This document shows, one piece after another, positions 1-6,309 of a stretch of DNA of 22,627 nucleotides. The notes below the pieces were generated by a model. That model saw only the letters and a list, made by a program, of their open reading frames with translations, searched no databases and was not told where the DNA came from. This stretch comes from Nitrospirota bacterium (GTDB lineage: Bacteria > Nitrospirota > UBA9217). Both the position numbers and the translations under genes were made by a program. The stretch's first letter is position 1, and every line of letters starts with the position of its first letter. Where the stretch lies: NCBI GenBank assembly GCA_963840455.1, contig CAWIYV010000006.1:1-22627 (forward strand). Reading direction: 5' to 3'.

Positions 1-127
1 AATATTAGCAAAGGTTCCTGCGAGAAAACCCCTGCCCGGTGATGAGTTGTAGTAGCATGAACGAGTCGTTCGAGTACTCGTCGTTCTCCCCTCGCTCCGC
101 GACGAGAGAACGCCTTCTAGAGTCAAT

Positions 128-668
128 ATGCGAATCGCCATTTCAGGTACTCATTTTTCAGGCAAGTTGTCGCTGGTCCAGGCGCTGTCCGAAGCGCTAC
201 CGAAGTATACGACCGTAGATGAACCATACCACCTCTTGCAGGAGGAAGGGTATGAGTTTGCCGAGCTACCCTCTATCGAGGACTTCGAACTACAGCTTGA
301 GCGAGCCATCGAGAGCCTGGATGAGACCTTATCGAATGTCATTTTTGACCGATGTCCTGCAGACATTCTATGCTACCTGCTTTCGCATACCGACGCCGAA
401 GCATTTAACCTCGAGGAGTGGCTACCTCGCGTTCAAACTGCGATAAAGAAACTGTATTTTAGTCGTTTTCTTACCTATCGAAGAGCCAGATCGGATAGTG
501 CTCCCGCTGTCGCAGGACGCAGTGTACAGGCAGCGTGTGGACGAAAAGCTACGAGAGGTTGTCCTGGAGAATATATTCGACTTCGAGGTGGATGTGCTGG
601 AGGTTTCAGGCAATCCGCAGACACGCGTTGAACGAGTCTTGGCCTATATCGCTAACGAGGGCGCTTGA
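128..668 (+). pseudogene. Frameshifted AAA/NadR-type (AAA_28-like) P-loop ATPase/kinase
   Basis: Starts MRIAISGTHFSGKLS (Walker A lacking the S/T directly after K) and has VIFDRCPAD. Removing one T from the run at 457-460 restores a plausible C-terminus LVVFLPIEEPDRIVLP...VDVLEVSGNPQTRVERVLAYIANEGA ending at TGA 666-668. Confidence 0.8.
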
Positions 669-690
669 CGTTGTTACCGCAGCTCAGTCG

Positions 691-722
691 GTAGGTCGCG
701 TAGAACGCAGTGAAACCCAGCA
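691..722 (+). repeat. Degenerate GTAG-type REP-like element
   Basis: GTAGGTCGCGTAGAACGCAGTGAAACCCAGCA: a GTAG tetranucleotide followed by an imperfect palindrome, lying between convergent genes. Single copy in the window. Confidence 0.5.
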
Positions 723-793
723 ATGATTCTAACGAGGCGGGTCCACAGCGGCGCACCAAAGGCGGCGCGTCAGCCGCATGTTCACCCTCTCCC

Positions 794-1300
794 TTATCGC
801 TTCTTCGGCCACCACTCGGTCTTTTCCTGGAACTTGCCCACATGCATGCACCGGCTGATCGTCACGAGCATCAGGGCGGTCGTTGGTGCGGCGATGAATG
901 CTTCAAGCTCCTTGTGCTTGCTCGCCAGGAGCGTGGCCAGCGCCGCCCATCGAGGCCCTTCCTTGATCTCCTTCGCCCTGCCGAAGATGGTCATGGCCTC
1001 GGCCTTCAGATAATCTCGCCTGTTATTCTCCCGCGTATCGATCAAGAGCGAGACTTTGCTGTCCTTCTTCATGTTCCGGTACTTTGCCGTGGATGTTGGC
1101 GTCGCGAACACGATGCCCTTGCTGTCTTTCGTCAGCACAAAGGCGACGAGGCTCACCAGGGGGCCGGTCCTCCCTGTTGTCGCAAGGACCGCATGGCGCT
1201 GTGCCCGGTCGAGCCGCTTGAGCCGCGCGGGAACGTTCGCAGTTCCCTTGCTCGTACTCGCCGGGACAGGTCCGCCTCCGGGCAAGACTTTTCGCCTCAC
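794..1300 (-). CDS. Pyridoxamine 5'-phosphate oxidase-like (split-barrel flavin-binding) protein
   Basis: HAVLAT...PLVSLVAF...IVFATPTSTAKYRNMKKDSKVSLLID matches the PNPOx-family pattern. Start moved to GTG 1300 because the longer ORF (1381) begins inside a repeat element; start is uncertain. Confidence 0.8.
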   Translation of the reverse strand: MRRKVLPGGGPVPASTSKGTANVPARLKRLDRAQRHAVLATTGRTGPLVSLVAFVLTKDSKGIVFATPTSTAKYRNMKKDSKVSLLIDTRENNRRDYLKAEAMTIFGRAKEIKEGPRWAALATLLASKHKELEAFIAAPTTALMLVTISRCMHVGKFQEKTEWWPKKR

Positions 1301-1322
1301 TGTCCCAACTCGTTTGCCATTG

Positions 1323-1439
1323 TTGAAGCTCCCTGCAGCAAGCTGCAGGGAATCTTCGATCCTCAAGGTAGTATTATTCATTCTAATCGCTCGCTAACCC
1401 CGCAGCAAGCTACGCGGAATGCGCTCGCTCCTGGATTCA
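1323..1439. mobile_element. Non-autonomous twin-hairpin element (IS200/IS605-end-like or MITE-like)
   Basis: Ends TTGAA...TTCA. Contains two related hairpins, CCCTGCAGCAAGCTGCAGGG and CCCCGCAGCAAGCTACGCGG, and CGCTCGCT twice. A shortened second copy lies at 12896-12943. Confidence 0.7.
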
Positions 1440-2813
1440 TTTCAATCCCTTCACGTAGGCGATATAGGCTCTCACGTCGAACTTCGATTGACATCCCTTC
1501 TCGCTCATGTACCTGACCATACCAAAAACCTTGCGTTCGCCCCAGGGCCGGTCGTGCACGCCGCCGATGCTCCAGGCGATGCCGGCGTAGCCGTTCGGAT
1601 CACGTCCATCAAGCTCGTATTTGTCGTTCAGATAGATCGCGGTCTTCATAGCTCCCGCAGGCGATCGACTCCACTCAAGGATCTTCTTTGCCCAGTACAT
1701 CCGGAGATAGCCATGCATCTTGCCCCGCTTCACCATCTCGAGCTGGGCGGCATTCCAGAGGTCGTCGTGGGTCCGCGCCTCTTCGAACTCCTTCAGCGTA
1801 TATACCTGTTCGCGCTTGTCCCCCAGGTGCCGAGCGAGCGTCCTCTGTGCCCAGGCCGGGAACCCCTTCGGACCATCATAGTCGGGAGCATAAAAACAGA
1901 AATTGTCCGAAAGCTCCCGACGGACAATGAGCTCCTCGAGAAATGCCTCCCGTGATGTCTCGCGCACATCAGCACGCAGCACCTCCAGCGCGACGCGTTG
2001 GGCGGACAGCTGGCCGAAATGGAGGTAGGGAGACAGGTTGGACTGGCCGCCCCGGTTCGGATCGTTCCGGTCGTCGTCGTACCCGTCCAGCGTCGTGGCA
2101 ATGAACCGCTTGAACGCCCGTAGCGCGGCCCGCTCACCGGGTATGATCCAGCTCACCTCACCTGCTGAGATGTCGAGCATACGTCTTCGGTGGACCCTGC
2201 TCCAGTCCGTTTTGACGGTGCTCACCGGCCAAAGGTGCGGGTGTTTTTTGATACGCGGGAGGTCGGTAAGATAAGAAGAAAGAAGTCTCTGCAGCCTGGG
2301 CCGAAGGGTGTACGCTCCGTATTCCATTTTCGGCGATGCGGTCCAGCAGGGAACGATATTGTGAGCGTCGACCTCGTGGAACGGAAAGCGAATGGCGCGG
2401 GCCACAGAGTTCTTCCATGCGCGCTTGATCTTCAAGGGATCGAAGTCGGCTACGAGAAGACCCGCTTTGTTCTTGTTCAGGAACGCCGGCAGCACCGTAC
2501 GCGGCTCTCCCGTTAGAAGGAAGAACGGGATGCCCTTCGCTGCGAGACCATGCTCCACCTCCTCCAATCCCCGCAGCATGAACCCATACTGGCGGGCCGT
2601 TGCACCAAGGAACTCGGGCACCAGACAAAAGGCCACGGCGAGCGGGGCACGGTGACGCAGCGCCAGGTCCTGGGCATGGAGGAGCGCCCAATTGTCGCGG
2701 ACACGCTGGTCCCTGCTCATCCAGTAGACCACAGGGCCGGCAGCCGGATCGCCGGGCCGGAGGATGCGAACGCGTGAAGGATCAACGAGGCTGGGGTTGA
2801 AAGGAGGGTTCAC
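1437..2813 (-). CDS. phrB: Class II deoxyribodipyrimidine (CPD) photolyase
   Basis: VVYWMSRDQRVRDNWAL, SNLSPYLHFGQLS, EELIVRRELSDNF, GKMHGYLRMYWAKKILEW, DGRDPNGY, GVHDRPW. GTG 2813 chosen as start because it lies 6 nt after a -10 box. Confidence 0.95.
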   Translation of the reverse strand: MNPPFNPSLVDPSRVRILRPGDPAAGPVVYWMSRDQRVRDNWALLHAQDLALRHRAPLAVAFCLVPEFLGATARQYGFMLRGLEEVEHGLAAKGIPFFLLTGEPRTVLPAFLNKNKAGLLVADFDPLKIKRAWKNSVARAIRFPFHEVDAHNIVPCWTASPKMEYGAYTLRPRLQRLLSSYLTDLPRIKKHPHLWPVSTVKTDWSRVHRRRMLDISAGEVSWIIPGERAALRAFKRFIATTLDGYDDDRNDPNRGGQSNLSPYLHFGQLSAQRVALEVLRADVRETSREAFLEELIVRRELSDNFCFYAPDYDGPKGFPAWAQRTLARHLGDKREQVYTLKEFEEARTHDDLWNAAQLEMVKRGKMHGYLRMYWAKKILEWSRSPAGAMKTAIYLNDKYELDGRDPNGYAGIAWSIGGVHDRPWGERKVFGMVRYMSEKGCQSKFDVRAYIAYVKGLK

Positions 2814-2819
2814 CAGGAC

Positions 2820-2848
2820 ATTGTAGCGTATGGGCCTGATGGAATCAA
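2820..2848 (-). promoter_or_regulatory. Sigma70-type promoter of the photolyase (leaderless candidate)
   Basis: TTGATT-17 nt-TACAAT, then 6 nt to GTG. Confidence 0.7.
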
Positions 2849-3075
2849 TCCCGTAATCCGAGCGACAGGACAACGATAGTTCTTAATAGGCTTTTAAAAG
2901 TGATCAAGTCTGATAGGAGTCGGATTACCTCGAATTATTCTTCAGGAGGCAGTTCATAGGGCAGGTGAATTTTTACTAAAGACGTTATACGCTTTTATCA
3001 GGCTAGCAATCCCTTTCTCACGTGTCCATATGACTTTTCCAGGATGATGGCATTTAGGGACCGGGCCGGACAAGT

Positions 3076-3128
3076 AAAAGGCGGAGCACATCAGCGCCTC
3101 TCAGGGCTACTTTCATATGCTCCGCCTT
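3076..3128 (-). terminator. Long stem-loop, probable intrinsic terminator downstream of the MshEN-like gene
   Basis: On the minus strand GGCGGAGCATAT pairs with ATGTGCTCCGCC, followed by TTTT. Confidence 0.55.
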
Positions 3129-3168
3129 CCTTTACCATGCACGCGCATGGCATGTGCTTCGCGGCAGT

Positions 3169-3405
3169 TTACCGCTTGGTCATTTTCTTCTGGATATCCA
3201 GCACCTGTTCAAGTTCCCTGGGCTCCACAGCGCCGATGCGAACGAGGATCTCTCCGATGAGCCCCTTGCTGTGCTTCTGGTGCTCCAGGGCGAAATCGAG
3301 GTCCTGCGGAATGATATATTCTTCCGCCATCAGCAACGAACCGATCGGTGGGACCCCTGATGGGTGCGACATATTGTCCTTGTTGTCCTTGCTCTGAGCT
3401 GACAT
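3169..3405 (-). CDS. Stand-alone MshEN-like (c-di-GMP-binding type) small protein
   Basis: Two tandem 24-aa repeats, PIGSLLMAEEYIIPQDLDFALEHQ and LIGEILVRIGAVEPRELEQVLDIQ, fit RLGxxLLxxGLIxxxxLxxxLxxQ except for the Arg. GGAGG RBS and a consensus promoter upstream. Confidence 0.8.
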   Translation of the reverse strand: MSAQSKDNKDNMSHPSGVPPIGSLLMAEEYIIPQDLDFALEHQKHSKGLIGEILVRIGAVEPRELEQVLDIQKKMTKR

Positions 3406-3471
3406 ATTTTATCCCTCCCTGTGTCCCCGGACGAGCCGGGAAGTTAGACCACATAAATCTGTATTACGCAT

Positions 3472-3500
3472 ATTATAATGTTTTGCATTCGCCTTGTCAA
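3472..3500 (-). promoter_or_regulatory. Perfect-consensus sigma70 promoter
   Basis: TTGACA-17 nt-TATAAT with an AT-rich upstream region extending to about 3610. Confidence 0.85.
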
Positions 3501-3664
3501 GTAATTTATGTTATTACTAAATATAATGGTTTTTTTAACCAACACAATAAAGTGAGCATGCGGAAAACGGCATTAACATATTGATTTATAACTATTTTAT
3601 TTTATTTACGGTGTGGAAAACTGGTAGGAAAAAGACTGGGGTCCTCATTTCTATTGCTGTTCCA

Positions 3665-3770
3665 TCACGGTTTCTTCTCTTTTTTCGGCCTGTCGTTGTT
3701 CTCGTCCTTCTTCTTCTCCTGCTTTTTGTCCTTCTCCCCCCCCTGCTCGTCTGCCTTGCGCTCCTTCTCT
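3665..3770 (-). pseudogene. Orphan fragment homologous to the 3' end of the Lon-like gene
   Basis: Translates KADEQGGEKDKKQEKKKDENNDRPKKEKKP* versus KADEKGEKDKEEKKKEENNDVPKKEPERP* at 6310-6399. No in-frame start; upstream in-frame stop at 3800-3802. Confidence 0.75.
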
Positions 3771-3897
3771 ATTTCACCGCGCTGCCGTAGCCGCCGTCGT
3801 CAGCGATCATCCCTTCATGCAGCGTACAAACACTTTCCCGGCGACCGGTCCGATCCCCTCTCATTTGCTCATACACGTGCTCGATCACCGCGTCCCG

Positions 3898-4884
3898 CTA
3901 CTGCGACAGCACGGAAGCAGCCTCCTGCGCGAAGATACCGTGAACCACCATTGTTGGATGGATGCCGTCCCAAAACAGATAGTCGTCAGGCGTCTTGCAA
4001 TCAAAAGGCGGGATATTGGGCGTCACGCATGCCGCGTCCACCACATCGAGTCCGTAAGCTTCGGGATCTGCCACCAGATCATTGACCTTCTTGAAGGCGT
4101 CAAGACGCTTGATCTCGATTCCCGGAAGCACCGAAAGAGAGACGAGGACATTATCGAGCCAGTAGTTAAAGCCATACCCTAAGCTTTCGACAGCCGCTCC
4201 GGCGCCGCCGGGAGGGATGCTGTCCAGTATGCGTATCGCCGGTGTCCACTTTAGATTTGGCGTGTTCCATACGAGAAATTTTCTCGCGCCGGCTGCATGC
4301 AAGGCTCCGATGCTCTTGCCGATCTGTTCGACCGCTTCATTGATGATCGCGATGGGATTACCACCCGACGCGGCCGCCGCCAGGGCGTCGCGGACGTCAT
4401 TCCCGCCGATCTCGATCACGTAGAGCGCATCGGAGGGCGCCTGGCCGCCTACATCGGCCAGGTACGCGCTCACCTGAACCGACAGATTGGCGTTCTTCCC
4501 GTCCTCGTACGCGCGGGCGCCGCCGACCGCGTAATTGGCTGCCTTGGAGCCGGATCCCTCGAACGCAGGTCGGACGCTCCCTGCCAGCCCTCGGGGCCGC
4601 GCGAACTGCTCGATCCAGGTGGCGCCGTTGCTGAAGTGGTGGCCGCCCTTCGCGTATGGCGCGTCGGGAATGAGCAGCGCGTCAAGCGTGGCATAGGGAG
4701 GCGTGCTCTGTAAGCCCCGCAGCGCGAAGGCATTGCCGGTATCGGACAGGCTGTCCCCGAAGACCACGATGCTGCTGAAGGTCTTTCCTCCCGCGGCCCA
4801 AGCCGGCGCCGCCAGTGCGAGAACAAGCATAACGGCCAAGATCCATTGCAACGCTGATGACTTCCTTAATGAATAGGTAACCAT
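3898..4884 (-). CDS. Secreted SGNH/GDSL family lipase/esterase
   Basis: Signal peptide (..LALAAPAWA), VVFGDSLSDTGN, NYAVGGA, IGGND, FWDGIHP; AAGGAG RBS. Confidence 0.93.
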   Translation of the reverse strand: MVTYSLRKSSALQWILAVMLVLALAAPAWAAGGKTFSSIVVFGDSLSDTGNAFALRGLQSTPPYATLDALLIPDAPYAKGGHHFSNGATWIEQFARPRGLAGSVRPAFEGSGSKAANYAVGGARAYEDGKNANLSVQVSAYLADVGGQAPSDALYVIEIGGNDVRDALAAAASGGNPIAIINEAVEQIGKSIGALHAAGARKFLVWNTPNLKWTPAIRILDSIPPGGAGAAVESLGYGFNYWLDNVLVSLSVLPGIEIKRLDAFKKVNDLVADPEAYGLDVVDAACVTPNIPPFDCKTPDDYLFWDGIHPTMVVHGIFAQEAASVLSQ

Positions 4885-4986
4885 GGTATCTCTCCTTTAC
4901 TGCACATGCAGATCTTTCTTGACTACAGGAACTTCCCCTTGTCTGAGCCGAACGATAGCAACCGCAGGCTTTTGATCCCTGGTTGT

Positions 4987-5030
4987 AAAAGAGAAAGGCC
5001 GATCATTCACAAAGGTCCCATCCCTTCGGC
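4987..5030 (-). terminator. Putative riboswitch expression-platform terminator
   Basis: GCCGA (aptamer 3' end, 5030-5026) can pair with TCGGC (5002-4998), followed by CTTTCTCTTTT. Confidence 0.5.
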
Positions 5031-5104
5031 AGTCCGGCCATCTTGATCGTTTAAGATCCGCAGCTTTCCGTCCCTGCTTCACAGCGGGCTCGGCTTTTCG
5101 GTTA
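5024..5104 (-). promoter_or_regulatory. Cyclic di-GMP-I (GEMM-I) riboswitch
   Basis: Minus strand reads CCGAAAAGCCGAGCCCGCT-GTGA-AGCAGGGACGGAAAGCTGCGGATCTTAA...AAGATGGCCGGACTGCCGAAG: a GNRA-capped P2, the GGGACGGAAAGC junction, P3 and the 3' TGCCGA. It lies in the 5' UTR of the SGNH gene. Confidence 0.88.
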
Positions 5105-5125
5105 CAGCTTTCGTGGGATATTTGA

Positions 5126-5134
5126 AGTATAGCA
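5126..5134 (-). promoter_or_regulatory. Extended -10 promoter for the riboswitch/SGNH transcript
   Basis: TGCTATACT about 20 nt upstream of the aptamer. Confidence 0.55.
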
Positions 5135-5317
5135 CTACAGCAGATTCGAGGATGGGATATTTTAAGGGTATGCAGAATGTTTCCTGATTTTGTGTATGGG
5201 AATGCGTAAAACATTGAGTTCCGCAGAACTACAGGAACTAACGTCCAGAGACGATGTCCTGAACCGCGTAGCTGCGTATCGCTGCCGCCATATTCTCATC
5301 GCCGAACAACGATCGCT

Positions 5318-6157
5318 CTAGAACCGGACTGCCGCCCCGAACACGGTCTCCTTCGTGCTCATGCTCAGATCACCACTGCTGAAAAGCTGATCGACCTCCA
5401 GGTTCATGTTCATGCTGCGCACCTCCGCGAAAAGGTCCAGAAGGGAGAATCGCAGCGACACGCCGAGAAGCCCGCCTACGCCGCTGCCCATCAGATCCGC
5501 CTCGAACGCATTCGTCGTGACACTGCCCGACGGCACAAAGGACAGGGCGATCCCCGCATAGATGTTCACATGTCCATTCGGCAGGGATTCGGTCCGGAAG
5601 AAGCGGAGCCGTACCATTGGCATCAGAGACAATGCAATATAGTCCACGCTCGCAGGGACGGCTCCCGGTCCGCCCGAAACGCCGTCAGCTTGTACAGTGC
5701 TGAACTCCATGGCGATTCCGAGATAGGGATACTTGTCCGCGCCCCACATGCCCCACCGTAATCCCATGACACTGGCGCTATTGAATCGGATATTCGCGGT
5801 TGTTGTCGTCGACCCACTGAACAGGAAGCCGGTCGAGGTGTACGTGGCCGTCGTATTGCCCGCCGATGAGGGTCCTCCGAAGAAGGCGAGATACTGCTCC
5901 AGCGTCTTGTGCCGACCCGTATGCCCTTTGTCATCGGTTGTCGGTGGAACCAATGCGGGGACGCTGCTGTCCCGGGCGGACGTTCCGCCTGATTCTCCTG
6001 GCCATAATTCCGCCGGCTGACTCGACGTCCCAGCGTCTTCCCGTTTCTCCTCCGCCAGGGCACTACCGGAGATTGAACCCGAGTGGATTCCAGGCAAGAA
6101 CAAGAACAGAAGGACAAAAGTGGACCAGCCAAATGTGCGCATCTCATTGTCACGCAT
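5318..6157 (-). CDS. Putative outer-membrane beta-barrel protein
   Basis: N-terminal signal peptide (..SALA-EE), a low-complexity linker, alternating hydrophobic strands and C-terminal ETVFGAAVRF (terminal Phe). Start is ATG 6157 or 6142. Confidence 0.72.
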   Translation of the reverse strand: MRDNEMRTFGWSTFVLLFLFLPGIHSGSISGSALAEEKREDAGTSSQPAELWPGESGGTSARDSSVPALVPPTTDDKGHTGRHKTLEQYLAFFGGPSSAGNTTATYTSTGFLFSGSTTTTANIRFNSASVMGLRWGMWGADKYPYLGIAMEFSTVQADGVSGGPGAVPASVDYIALSLMPMVRLRFFRTESLPNGHVNIYAGIALSFVPSGSVTTNAFEADLMGSGVGGLLGVSLRFSLLDLFAEVRSMNMNLEVDQLFSSGDLSMSTKETVFGAAVRF

Positions 6158-6309
6158 GAACGACAGGATCGAACTCCTTCCGCTCACAAAGGACAGGGCG
6201 GCAGTTCGTACGCACATTCACGTCGTGCTCCCTGCGCGCGTATCACGTTGCAGCAATCGCCTTTGTACGACGACCTCACTTGCTGCTGGATATGCTTCCT
6301 CCTGCTCCG

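Noticed and set aside
38-112. GGTGATGAG plus hairpins as a fluoride riboswitch
   Set aside because: The pairing partner and the downstream conserved segment are missing; only generic short inverted repeats remain.
1301-1381. N-terminal extension MNNTTLRIEDSLQLAAGSFN of the PNPOx-like ORF
   Set aside because: Mostly a translation of the twin-hairpin repeat element, not part of the domain.
3581-3790. Very hydrophobic 69-aa ORF resembling a membrane peptide or toxin
   Set aside because: It is the antisense reading of the K/E-rich Lon-tail remnant; the same artefact appears at 6280 onward.
4897-5214. 105-aa minus-strand ORF
   Set aside because: It runs across the promoter, riboswitch and terminator; better explained as a 5' UTR.
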